Shown in pieces: positions 17,622 to 26,227 of a stretch of DNA of 49,640 bases. Within the stretch, counting starts at the first letter, position 1. Each line of letters starts with the position of its first letter. The stretch is from an uncultured Leptolinea sp. (lineage in GTDB: Bacteria; Chloroflexota; Anaerolineae; Anaerolineales; Anaerolineaceae): contig CAZRKL010000002.1 in the NCBI GenBank assembly GCA_964600595.1, forward strand, positions 3,111 through 52,750. Reading direction: 5' to 3'. The notes under the pieces were generated by a model. It was given only the letters and a program-made list of their open reading frames with translations. It was not told the origin of the DNA and did no database searches. The position numbers and the translations under genes were made by a program.

Positions 17622-18940
17622 GCGACACCATCAAATTGCCTGACCTGAGCCGCTTTTCTCAGGCACTGACCCGCCTGAACCCAACCCGTACTTCGGGTCG
17701 GGTAACTCAGGTTTTGGGTCTCACGATTCAGGCAATTGGATTGGATTGTCAGATCGGTGAGGTTTGCGAGATCAACACCTCTGATAGTGAACCGATCATG
17801 GCAGAAGTTGTCGGCTTCCAGGAAGAACGGGTTTTGCTGATGCCGCTGGGCGATATGCAGGGAATTCAACCCGGATCAGCTGTTTACCCGGCGAGCAAGG
17901 CATTCCGCGCTCCGGTTGGTATGCCGCTGCTTGGCAGAGTATTGGATGGTCTGGGACAACCTATTGACAGCGGTCCATCGTTGGAGAGTGTTGAGAATGC
18001 TGCCACCAACAGCAGCCCGCCTCCTCCACTTTCCAGACCTCCCATCAGTGAGCCGTTAGTGACAGGGGTTCGGGTGATTGACGGCATGCTAACCTGCGGT
18101 AAAGGTCAACGTATGGGTATCTTCGCCGGATCCGGCGTGGGGAAAAGCACCCTGATGGGTACAATCGCCCGAAGCTCCCGTTCAGATGTTTCGGTGATTG
18201 CCCTGGTTGGAGAACGCGGTCGTGAAGTTCGAGAATTCCTCGAACGCGATCTTGGAGAAGATGGTTTAGCCCGCTCGGTTGTGGTTGTATCCACATCAGA
18301 TCAGCCGGCATTGGTTCGGTTAAAAGCTGCCTTTGTTGCCATGACGATAGCAGAACATTTTCGAGATAGCGGAATGGATGTGACTTTCTTGATGGACTCA
18401 GTCACCCGTTTTGCCATGGCGCAGCGCGAAGTAGGTCTGGCGATTGGTGAGCCACCCGCCAGTAAAGGTTATACCCCATCCGTTTTTGCATTGCTTCCCC
18501 GCCTGCTGGAGAGAGCCGGGGCTAGCGCTAAAGGTACGATCACTGGATTTTTCACTGTTTTGGTGGAAGGCGATGATTTCAACGAACCAATCTGCGACGC
18601 GACCCGCGGTATTTTAGATGGACACATAATTCTAAGCCGAACCCTGGCTTCCCGAAATCATTATCCTGCCATAGACGTGCTCAATAGCGTGAGCCGCGTT
18701 ATGCCGGCAGTCACATCAAGAGAGCATGTCCAACTGGCAGCCAGAGCGCGTAAACATCTGGCAACCTACGAAAAAGCACGCGACCTGGTAAATATCGGGG
18801 CTTATGTAAGTGGGTCCGATACTGAGATTGACGAGTCACTGCGGGTACTACCCGCCCTAAACAGCTTTCTTCAGCAGGATACGAAAGATGTGACACCGTT
18901 TGAAAACACTTTATCGTTATTAGAACAGAGTCAGGCGTGA
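17618..18940 (+). CDS. fliI: flagellum-specific ATPase FliI
   Basis: Walker A GIFAGSGVGKST, Walker B VTFLMDSVTR, and HYPAIDVLNSVSR. Confidence 0.95.
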   Translation: MSDTIKLPDLSRFSQALTRLNPTRTSGRVTQVLGLTIQAIGLDCQIGEVCEINTSDSEPIMAEVVGFQEERVLLMPLGDMQGIQPGSAVYPASKAFRAPVGMPLLGRVLDGLGQPIDSGPSLESVENAATNSSPPPPLSRPPISEPLVTGVRVIDGMLTCGKGQRMGIFAGSGVGKSTLMGTIARSSRSDVSVIALVGERGREVREFLERDLGEDGLARSVVVVSTSDQPALVRLKAAFVAMTIAEHFRDSGMDVTFLMDSVTRFAMAQREVGLAIGEPPASKGYTPSVFALLPRLLERAGASAKGTITGFFTVLVEGDDFNEPICDATRGILDGHIILSRTLASRNHYPAIDVLNSVSRVMPAVTSREHVQLAARARKHLATYEKARDLVNIGAYVSGSDTEIDESLRVLPALNSFLQQDTKDVTPFENTLSLLEQSQA

Positions 18941-18948
18941 GGTAAAAA

Positions 18949-19407
18949 ATGCCGCCAAAATTTACTTTACAAACCGTATTGGATGTCCGCCACAGCAAAG
19001 TGGAAGCAATTGAAATTGAGATGGGACAGCTCATGCAGGATCGGCATCAAAAAGAGGAATTGTTGATTTCATTACAATCAGCGCAGAGTCATCTTTACGA
19101 AACCTTGCATCAACATATGACCGGTGAAATCGATCTGTTTACCATCAATCACCTTCGCGCAAACATCAAGCAGATCGAAGAAGGTTTCGAGATGGTGAAT
19201 GCAGCCATTGAAGAGCTTTCAATCCAGATAGAACAAAAGAGACTTGCCCTGGTTGAAGCAAAAAAAGAAGAAGAATCACTGAAGATTTTAAAAGACAAAG
19301 AGTACGAACGATACCTTGAAGAAGAAAAAGAAAAAGAAAAACGTTTCATGGATGATGTGTATATTTCTCAAGGCTTCAGGGCAAAGAAAAATGAGGTATG
19401 GCTATGA
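18949..19407 (+). CDS. fliJ: flagellar export protein FliJ
   Basis: 152-aa coiled-coil protein directly after fliI. The N-terminus FTLQTVLDVRHSKVEAIEIEMGQL is FliJ-like. Confidence 0.75.
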   Translation: MPPKFTLQTVLDVRHSKVEAIEIEMGQLMQDRHQKEELLISLQSAQSHLYETLHQHMTGEIDLFTINHLRANIKQIEEGFEMVNAAIEELSIQIEQKRLALVEAKKEEESLKILKDKEYERYLEEEKEKEKRFMDDVYISQGFRAKKNEVWL

Positions 19408-19952
19408 TTGGCGATGTATTTAACTCACGTATCCAATCCATCATGTATGAATTAATTCTTAAACTGTTAGAGCGTTCACAAGCAGAAAACGGTCAAACTG
19501 GAGATTTATCAGGTTTGAGGGAATTCTCCAATGGCTATGGTAGTAGTGCCTCACTTCAGGGGGCAAAATTTACGGATCTTATCGCAAAAGCAGCAGAAAA
19601 ATACGAGGTCAATCCACGACTGGTACAGGCAGTGATAAAAGCAGAATCAAATTTCAACCCGAAAGCTGAGTCATCTGCTGGAGCTCAAGGCTTGATGCAA
19701 TTAATGCCCGCAACAGCAAAATGGCTGGGTGTGCGCAATTCCATGGATCCTGCCCAGAATATTGAAGGTGGAGTGAAGTTCCTCTCCTCTCTATTGGAAA
19801 GGTACGACGGCGATACGCAAAAAGCCCTGGCAGCCTACAATGCGGGTCCAGGAACCGTGGATAAGTATGGAGGTATTCCACCCTACCGTGAGACACAAGT
19901 ATACGTTGAACGGGTAATGGATTACTACACGAATCAGGATTGGAGCGCGTAA
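19404..19952 (+). CDS. lytic transglycosylase (SLT domain), flagellum-associated
   Basis: AVIKAESNFNPKAESSAGAQGLMQLMPATA...AAYNAGPGTV contains the catalytic Glu and SLT motifs. ATGA overlap with the fliJ stop. Confidence 0.8.
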   Translation: MIGDVFNSRIQSIMYELILKLLERSQAENGQTGDLSGLREFSNGYGSSASLQGAKFTDLIAKAAEKYEVNPRLVQAVIKAESNFNPKAESSAGAQGLMQLMPATAKWLGVRNSMDPAQNIEGGVKFLSSLLERYDGDTQKALAAYNAGPGTVDKYGGIPPYRETQVYVERVMDYYTNQDWSA

Positions 19953-19953
19953 G

Positions 19954-20352
19954 ATGAGCGGCTTGTTTGGCGACAATGCAATTCAGGCAGCGAAAATGGC
20001 GTTGGATGGATTATCCCTCCGCCAGCAGATCATCTCGCGAAATATTTCCAATATCGACACACCGGGTTATCGCGCCCAGGAAGTCGATTTTGAAGGAGCC
20101 CTGCAGAGAGCACTTCGCTCGAATGGGCAAGTACAGATGGCGGTTACAAACAGCGGCCATTTGGCGGCACCGGCTAATCGGCCATTCTATCATGTAAAAG
20201 CACAACCAGGAGGCACAGCGCGAGCAGACGAAAACAATGTTGATATCGATCGAGAATTATTATCCATGTCAGAAACTGGTATCCAATACCAGGCAGTCAG
20301 CCAGGAGATCAGTAAAAAACTTCTTCTCCTGAAAACCATCGCATCGAGGTAA
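19954..20352 (+). CDS. flgB: flagellar basal-body rod protein FlgB
   Basis: LSLRQQIISRNISNIDTPGYRAQEVDFE...NNVDIDRELLSMSETGIQYQA. Confidence 0.85.
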   Translation: MSGLFGDNAIQAAKMALDGLSLRQQIISRNISNIDTPGYRAQEVDFEGALQRALRSNGQVQMAVTNSGHLAAPANRPFYHVKAQPGGTARADENNVDIDRELLSMSETGIQYQAVSQEISKKLLLLKTIASR

Positions 20353-20354
20353 AG

Positions 20355-21692
20355 ATGAGCGAACTAATTCAGTGTCCAATCATCTCCTCGCCGCCCTCGC
20401 CTCCGCCAGCATCCCGTCCGGCTAATACTGCCGTTCGAGATGGCAACAATTTTGAAGATGTCTTGAAGGCTCAAATGGAATCTGACAAATCCTCAGAAAC
20501 ATCCAATGAGACGAATACCACATCTACAAATTCAAGTGTGAAGGCGGTGAGAACTGATTCACAATCCAAAGCAAATCAAGGAGAAAACATATCGAATCTT
20601 AACAATGAAAAAGATGAAACAGAACAGGTATTAAAAGTCACCCCTGCCGCCATTGAGGTCAATGCTGATATCGCATATATCGCCCAACCCGTTCAGATAA
20701 TCGCTGAGCAACCTCAAGCCGTTCAGGTTAATATTGTTGAAACAGGTATGCAAAATCCTGATGTAGCGGTTATTGAGGGAGATGCTGTAGCAGCAACAGC
20801 TACTTTGCCAACACAAATTTCTTCTCCGGTAAGTAGCCCGGCGAAAGAAACATCCTCACCCGAGATTCTGAATGCCCAGAATGTTGCGCTGCAACAAGTA
20901 TCAAAAACAATCGAAGATTCCAGCGCAGTGGATGTTCAAGAGAGCAGCCCCAATGGAAGCTTTATCCAGAAGGATGACGGAAAAGTTAGTAGTACCTCCG
21001 CTCGGAACGAACAGGCTGTTGAGGCGTCAGTAAAAGCGCCTGGTCAAGCTGCATCTGAGACAAATACTGATAAACCGACCCCTGGTCAAAACAAAGTAGC
21101 AGTAAAAGCTGAACCAGGGCAGATAGCGGAGACTACGGTAAAGAGTGTCGAGGTTTCTGCGGATAAACCTCCGCAGGTACAGGCTCCTCCCGGAGAATCA
21201 CCTGGGAGAATGGTTGGCGGGGTTGCGACCACACAAGTGGAAAACCCGGTTAACCAAGCCATCGAGCCGGACCGCCTGGCGGAAGCTCAGACAACAAACA
21301 TCATCGGACAAATTGCCCGACAGATGGAAAAACTGACGCAGACAGGCAGGCAAACCCTCCGCATTCAATTGTATCCCCACGAATTAGGGCATATCGATCT
21401 TAAGATCACCACCACATCACAGGGTGTCGGTGTAACGATGCTGGCTGATAATCCGGTGACAGGTAAACTGCTGGAAGGCCAGATGGCTCAATTACGCCAA
21501 AACCTTACCGATGCAGGGATCCAGATCGCGAATATGCAAATCGGAACTCAATCGAACCAGCAATCCAATCAGGGTACGTTTCAAAACCCCAACCAAACTC
21601 CGGCACGATATACAGCACCAACTGTATCTTCTGAGGTTACAGGGGGAGAACCTGCTCGTCTGATTGAATCGTTGATCGATTACAAAATATAA
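20355..21692 (+). CDS. fliK: flagellar hook-length control protein FliK
   Basis: Long Ser/Thr/Pro/Gln-rich ruler region, then a Flg_hook-type domain (LRIQLYPHELGHIDLKITTTSQGVGVTMLADNPVTGKLLEGQMAQLRQNLTDAGIQ). Confidence 0.75.
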   Translation: MSELIQCPIISSPPSPPPASRPANTAVRDGNNFEDVLKAQMESDKSSETSNETNTTSTNSSVKAVRTDSQSKANQGENISNLNNEKDETEQVLKVTPAAIEVNADIAYIAQPVQIIAEQPQAVQVNIVETGMQNPDVAVIEGDAVAATATLPTQISSPVSSPAKETSSPEILNAQNVALQQVSKTIEDSSAVDVQESSPNGSFIQKDDGKVSSTSARNEQAVEASVKAPGQAASETNTDKPTPGQNKVAVKAEPGQIAETTVKSVEVSADKPPQVQAPPGESPGRMVGGVATTQVENPVNQAIEPDRLAEAQTTNIIGQIARQMEKLTQTGRQTLRIQLYPHELGHIDLKITTTSQGVGVTMLADNPVTGKLLEGQMAQLRQNLTDAGIQIANMQIGTQSNQQSNQGTFQNPNQTPARYTAPTVSSEVTGGEPARLIESLIDYKI

Positions 21693-21703
21693 GGAAACAA
21701 AAT

Positions 21704-22147
21704 ATGGCAATCACACCCATTACTCAAGTAGTCGCATCCCAGAGCTCGGGCGTTGAATCTATCACATCAGATAAAGCTGCCGGTTTACTGGGCATGGGAA
21801 ATAGTGATTTCATGATGATGCTCATGGCGCAACTGAAAAATCAAAATCCCATGGAACCAATGGATGATAAAAACCTGATGGGTCAGGTGACACAGCTTAA
21901 CACGCTGAATGAATTGCAGGCATTGTCGCAAAAAATGGAACAAATGGCAAGAGCATCGCAGGCGACCTATGCCGCAAATCTCATTGGCAAGGAAGTCGTT
22001 GCTACCAATAAAGGATATGTAATGGCAGAAGGTGAAGTCACCGGCATGGAAGTTTCTGAAAACGAAATTTACCTAACGGTAAATGACCAGCTCATCCCTC
22101 TGGCTTACATAACTCAGGTAAAACAGCTTCCCGAAGAAATGGAGTAA
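21704..22147 (+). CDS. flgD: flagellar hook assembly/capping protein FlgD
   Basis: MMLMAQLKNQNPMEPMDDKNLMGQVTQLNTLNELQAL is the FlgD N-terminal signature. Confidence 0.85.
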   Translation: MAITPITQVVASQSSGVESITSDKAAGLLGMGNSDFMMMLMAQLKNQNPMEPMDDKNLMGQVTQLNTLNELQALSQKMEQMARASQATYAANLIGKEVVATNKGYVMAEGEVTGMEVSENEIYLTVNDQLIPLAYITQVKQLPEEME

Positions 22148-22151
22148 GTCT

Positions 22152-22577
22152 ATGACAGATCCCATCAGGATAACGAATAATCAACCCATTAAACCTGTTC
22201 AGGATCAAAATCAGGTCCAACATGGACAAATTCAGGGACCCAACTCAACAAGTTTCGCAGAAGCCCTGGAAAAAGTTCAGAATTTACGATTTTCCAACCA
22301 TGCACAAAAACGTTTGCAGGTACGGAATATAAACCTGAATGATGAGGGAATATCCCGACTTGCAAATGCCGTGGATAAGGCTGAAAAGCGTGGGGGTAAA
22401 GAATCCCTGGTGCTGGTGGATGACCTGGCTTTCATTGTAAACGTGAAAGAAAGGCTTGTAATTACTGCCCTCGACGAACCAAGTCGCGGGGAGGGTGTAT
22501 TCACCCAGATCGATAGTGTGGTTTTCGCTGATCCTGCGCAAACCGTTGAACATGCCGATAATGATGTTGAGGCATGA
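22152..22577 (+). CDS. conserved flagellar-operon protein of unknown function (resembles the TIGR02530 family found between flgD and flgE)
   Basis: Lies between flgD and flgE. The motif FSNHAQKRLQVRNINLNDEGISRLANAVDKAEKRGGKESLVLVDDLAFIVNVKERLVITALD matches my recollection of that family. Confidence 0.55.
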   Translation: MTDPIRITNNQPIKPVQDQNQVQHGQIQGPNSTSFAEALEKVQNLRFSNHAQKRLQVRNINLNDEGISRLANAVDKAEKRGGKESLVLVDDLAFIVNVKERLVITALDEPSRGEGVFTQIDSVVFADPAQTVEHADNDVEA

Positions 22578-22645
22578 ATTAATCATAAACACAGGCTGGC
22601 CCTCTTGGAGGAAGCCTGTGACTGACACCTCTAGGAGAATTTACA

Positions 22646-23881
22646 ATGATACGCTCTATGTTTACTGCAATTAGCGCTTTGAATTTGAATCAGAATTATC
22701 TGGATGTAATTTCTGACAACCTGGCAAATTCCAACACAACTGGATTCAAGTCATCCCGCGTGGTATTTCAGGACCAATTTGCCCAGATCATGAACTCTGG
22801 CGCCGCTCCTTCTGCTACGAATGGCGGTATTAACCCAACCCAGATCGGTCTGGGTGTAAAAATCGGTTACATCTCTCCCATCTTTACCCAGGGTATGCTG
22901 CAGAGCACCGGAAGAAGCACTGATCTGGCTGTTCAGGGAAATGGCTTCTTCATTTACGCGCAGGGTGAAGAACTCCGTTATTCCCGCGAAGGATCGCTGG
23001 AAATCGACGCCGGTGGTTACCTGGTAAACAACTCATCCGGTATGCGCATCCAGGGATGGAGCATGCTGCCGGGTGCCACAGCCATCGACTCAAATCAACC
23101 CATTGGAGATATCCAGATTACTCTGGATGCCACACTGGCTCAGGCAACATCCAATATTTTCGTGGGTGGAAATCTGGACTCCTCAACTCCAACTGGCGGC
23201 ACTGTAGATACAACTTTCGGTGTTTACGACACTCTGGGTGCACTTCACACCGTATCCGTCAGGTTCACCCGCGCAACCGATAACACCTGGGGATTTGCAT
23301 TCCAGACACCCCCGGCAGGAACCACAGGCGCGGGCACACTTACTGTCGATACTGATGGCGCTTATGTTTCTCACACTCTGACCACCCCCATCCATGTTGA
23401 TGGAAGCTCGGGAGCGGAGGATATCAATCTTACTGTGGCAGGTCAGCTTGACCTTTCCAGTGTGACCATGCTCTCTGCCCCCAACAGTATTGCAGTGCGC
23501 AGCCAGGATGGTCTCCCGGCTGGTACTGTTACGGATATCTACGGTGCTCCGAACACCGGTGAAATCTACCTGGTGTATTCCAATGGTTTGAAACAGCTTA
23601 TCGGTCAGCTCTCTCTGGCGCACTTCACCAACCCCGCAGGTTTGTTGCGATCTGGACAAAATATGTTTAAGGTCGGTCTCAACTCAGGTGATCCACAGGT
23701 TGGACTGGCTGGCAGCGGCGGACGTGGATCCATTGCCAGTGGTTACCTGGAAGCTTCCAATGTCGATATGGCGCAGGAGTTCACCAATATGATTCTTGCC
23801 CAGCGTGGTTTTCAGGCTTCATCACGTATCATTACGACCTCCGATGAAATCCTGCAGGAACTGGTCAATTTGAAACGCTAA
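22646..23881 (+). CDS. flgE: flagellar hook protein FlgE
   Basis: MFTAISALNLNQNYLDVISDNLANSNTTGFK...GYLEASNVDMAQEFTNMILAQRGFQASSRIITTSDEILQELVNL. Confidence 0.9.
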   Translation: MIRSMFTAISALNLNQNYLDVISDNLANSNTTGFKSSRVVFQDQFAQIMNSGAAPSATNGGINPTQIGLGVKIGYISPIFTQGMLQSTGRSTDLAVQGNGFFIYAQGEELRYSREGSLEIDAGGYLVNNSSGMRIQGWSMLPGATAIDSNQPIGDIQITLDATLAQATSNIFVGGNLDSSTPTGGTVDTTFGVYDTLGALHTVSVRFTRATDNTWGFAFQTPPAGTTGAGTLTVDTDGAYVSHTLTTPIHVDGSSGAEDINLTVAGQLDLSSVTMLSAPNSIAVRSQDGLPAGTVTDIYGAPNTGEIYLVYSNGLKQLIGQLSLAHFTNPAGLLRSGQNMFKVGLNSGDPQVGLAGSGGRGSIASGYLEASNVDMAQEFTNMILAQRGFQASSRIITTSDEILQELVNLKR

Positions 23882-23894
23882 TTTAGTATAACTA

Positions 23895-23926
23895 CGGGCG
23901 GTTGATCATGGATGATCAACCGCCCG
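23895..23926 (+). repeat. 32-nt near-perfect palindrome (15-bp arms, 2-nt centre) just after flgE
   Basis: cgggcggttgatcat-gg-atgatcaaccgcccg. The 3' arm contains the ATG (23912) of the next ORF. Confidence 0.7.
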
Positions 23927-25297
23927 GAACTGGTTATCATGTTCACCATACCTGGACCCCCACCTGTTTCTCCTGTACAACACCCTGATGAAGGGAGTTT
24001 ATTCCTTCGGGTTAATCAACGGGTTGCCGGAGAAGTTTTGAAGGTAGGCAATGAACAAGTAATCCTTTCGATCCAGGGCGTGCAAGTGGTCGCCCGGTTG
24101 ACAAATCCCGAACAACTAACAGCACTCATCGACAGGCGTTTTGCCCAGTTCCTGGTCAAAGATATGAGCAACCAGGTAGTGACACTTCAGCTACTTGAGC
24201 TTCCAACCCAGCAGAGCGCTGCTGAAGTGGCTACTACAAACCGAGAAGCTCTTCTATTAAAAGGTTTACTTAACCAAATTGGTTTACCCGCCACACCAGA
24301 AAACCAGATCCTTGCCCAGGCTGTTATCCGGCAGGGATTGCCGGTGACAGCAGAAGTTCTTCAGGACCTCAGAAGAGTCCTTGAAGGAATTCAACCCTGG
24401 GGGGAAACCGAAGCGAATTTAGCTGTACTGTTGAAATCACATCAGGTGCCGGTCAGTCCTGAAACACTTCGGTTACTGGCAAATTCACCCGCCGAAGTAA
24501 CCCAGGCATTCGCAAAACTGGTCCAGCAGCTGGGACAATTACAACAAGACGGCTCCATTTCGTCCAGCATGCGGGCGCAAATTAGCCAGGTTTTGAATGT
24601 TTTTTCGCAGGCGATCATCATAGGAGATCAGCCAGCTGAGGTGATGATTGCCCGGTTGAAAAACGCGGTGAGCCTGCTTGGGAAATCGCTCGAAGGAGAG
24701 TTGGCAAATCTTATAAACACAGATGTAACCGATCTGGAACGTGGATTGCTGGCGCTTACCAGGCTGCGGACTGAGTTGGCCGCTCGTGGATACAATGCAC
24801 TTGCCAGTGATATTGACAGTTTCAATGATCATTTACGCCTTGTCCATCTGTTCAATTCCGGCGGGAACGAGGGCAAAAAGAACGAATGGATCCGTCTGGA
24901 ACTGCCTGTGCAATTTCCGGTTCAGGGCAAAGCAGATTATGAAGAAGAATTGCACCCTGCCCGGATTCGCATCGCCCGGGATCAGTCTGCTGAAGGTATT
25001 GAAAATGTTAATCCACATTACACCCGCATAATTGTCCAAGTGGACCTTTCGCATGACAAAAGTATTGAGGTGGATTTATCGGTAGTCTCCCATCAACTCG
25101 GTCTAACCATCACAGGTACTGATTCTGACATCAGTCAGGCAGCATCGAGTGAATTGGAATCGCTGAAAGAAAACTTGAAATCACTGGGTTTTGAAACCAG
25201 ATATGCTCAAGTGGAAACGGGAACAGCGATATCCGGTGAAACGACCTCAGCGGTAACTTCCAACCTCACCAAATCTGATGTAAATCTGGAGGTTTGA
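23912..25297 (+). CDS. FliK-like protein (second hook-length-control-type paralogue); function unknown
   Basis: N-terminus VAGEVLKVGNEQVILSIQGVQVVARL. Helical repeats LLNQIGLPATPENQILAQAVIRQGLPVTAEVLQDL. The C-terminus IIVQVDLSHDKSIEVDLSVVSHQLGLTITGTDSDISQAASSELESLKENLKSLGFE resembles a Flg_hook domain. Start uncertain (23912 or 23939). Confidence 0.5.
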   Translation: MINRPELVIMFTIPGPPPVSPVQHPDEGSLFLRVNQRVAGEVLKVGNEQVILSIQGVQVVARLTNPEQLTALIDRRFAQFLVKDMSNQVVTLQLLELPTQQSAAEVATTNREALLLKGLLNQIGLPATPENQILAQAVIRQGLPVTAEVLQDLRRVLEGIQPWGETEANLAVLLKSHQVPVSPETLRLLANSPAEVTQAFAKLVQQLGQLQQDGSISSSMRAQISQVLNVFSQAIIIGDQPAEVMIARLKNAVSLLGKSLEGELANLINTDVTDLERGLLALTRLRTELAARGYNALASDIDSFNDHLRLVHLFNSGGNEGKKNEWIRLELPVQFPVQGKADYEEELHPARIRIARDQSAEGIENVNPHYTRIIVQVDLSHDKSIEVDLSVVSHQLGLTITGTDSDISQAASSELESLKENLKSLGFETRYAQVETGTAISGETTSAVTSNLTKSDVNLEV

Positions 25298-25299
25298 GG

Positions 25300-25587
25300 A
25301 TGACAGATTACACTCCAGATCGTAAAAATAAAAACAGACAAACAGCCACAGCGATCGGTTACAACCCCGATACTGACGCGGCGCCAATTGTTCTGGCATC
25401 TGGGCATGGTAAAATTGCAGAACAAATTATGTCGATTGCCAGAGCCAATCAAATTCCCATGCATGAAGATGCATTATTGGCAGAAACCCTGGCTAAGATA
25501 AATATTAACCAGGCAATTCCACCAGAACTATACCTTGTAATTGCGCAAATATTTGCTTATATTCAAAGAGTCAGAGATCATCTATAA
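25300..25587 (+). CDS. stand-alone FlhB C-terminal-domain-like protein (EscU/YscU/FlhB switch-domain family, YlqH-like)
   Basis: TATAIGYNPDTDAAPIVLASGHGKIAEQIMSIARANQIPMHEDALLAETL...IPPELYLVIAQIFAYI aligns to the FlhB region that begins at the NPTH cleavage site. ATG 25300 follows GGAGG. Confidence 0.75.
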   Translation: MTDYTPDRKNKNRQTATAIGYNPDTDAAPIVLASGHGKIAEQIMSIARANQIPMHEDALLAETLAKININQAIPPELYLVIAQIFAYIQRVRDHL

Positions 25588-25610
25588 CCAAAAATATATA
25601 GGATAAACGA

Positions 25611-25946
25611 ATGGATCAAAAAGCAACCCTCAATAAAGATCGCCGAGCGTATTTTAGAATTGTTTATCCAGATGGACATCGTCCTCAGATTACAATCAGG
25701 GGAACATCTTTCGATATTATGGATATTTGTGAAATTGGGATCCGATTTCTAAACCCTGATCAGAGTAAACTTCCCGGCGATATCTTCCAGGCAGTTGTAA
25801 CTCTGCACGATAACGATCCTTTTAATATTATCGGGCGAATCATTCGAGTAGCAGACGCTGAAGCTGCAATGATGATTACTATAAGAGGTATTCCGTACAA
25901 AAAGATTATTGCTGAGCAGGCTTATCTGCGTCACCTGAATGATTAA
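25611..25946 (+). CDS. single-domain PilZ protein (putative c-di-GMP receptor)
   Basis: RRAYFR (RRxxxR) followed by DICEIGIRF (D-x-S/C-x-x-G). 111 aa. Confidence 0.7.
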   Translation: MDQKATLNKDRRAYFRIVYPDGHRPQITIRGTSFDIMDICEIGIRFLNPDQSKLPGDIFQAVVTLHDNDPFNIIGRIIRVADAEAAMMITIRGIPYKKIIAEQAYLRHLND

Positions 25947-26211
25947 CCACGTTATCGGTTGTATCATCAGAATTGGTTGCGAGTAATTCCCGCAATTCTT
26001 TAAAAGAATCTGGTTCAGGGCTGGTTGCAAGAAATTGCTCCAGCTTATTTTGTTCCTGAACAGCCTGGAAAATTTCTTTGCGAAGTATCGTGATTTCGCG
26101 AGGCGCTTTAATACCTATCTTAACCTTGTCCCCCTCTATGGCAAGAACCGTCACCTCTATAGAATCACCAATGTTCAGGCTTTCATCTACGCGCCTTGTT
26201 AATACAAGCAT
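25906..26211 (-). CDS. csrA: carbon storage regulator CsrA with an extended C-terminal tail
   Basis: [56 protein letters not shown], then a ~45-aa acidic tail. Directly downstream of flgL. Confidence 0.9.
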   Translation of the reverse strand: MLVLTRRVDESLNIGDSIEVTVLAIEGDKVKIGIKAPREITILRKEIFQAVQEQNKLEQFLATSPEPDSFKELRELLATNSDDTTDNVVNHSGDADKPAQQ

Positions 26212-26227
26212 CCATCACTCTCTGAGT

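Noticed and set aside
20400-21300. Low-complexity Ser/Thr/Pro/Gln tracts in FliK, the Thr-rich tract in FliF and the poly-Gly run in the VIT-vWA protein (around 4040-4060), considered as DNA repeats.
   Set aside because: These are compositional bias in ruler or linker regions. I could not find a tandem nucleotide repeat unit.
22554-22561. A perfect GCCGATAA sigma-28 -10 element 85 nt upstream of flgE.
   Set aside because: The sequence at the correct -35 position is TGCGCAAA (1/8 match). The motif lies within coding sequence (HADND), so it is probably coincidental.
25947-25958. ACCGATAA on the minus strand inside the csrA tail, considered as an antisense promoter into pilZ.
   Set aside because: The corresponding -35 position (AACCAATT) matches only 3/8.
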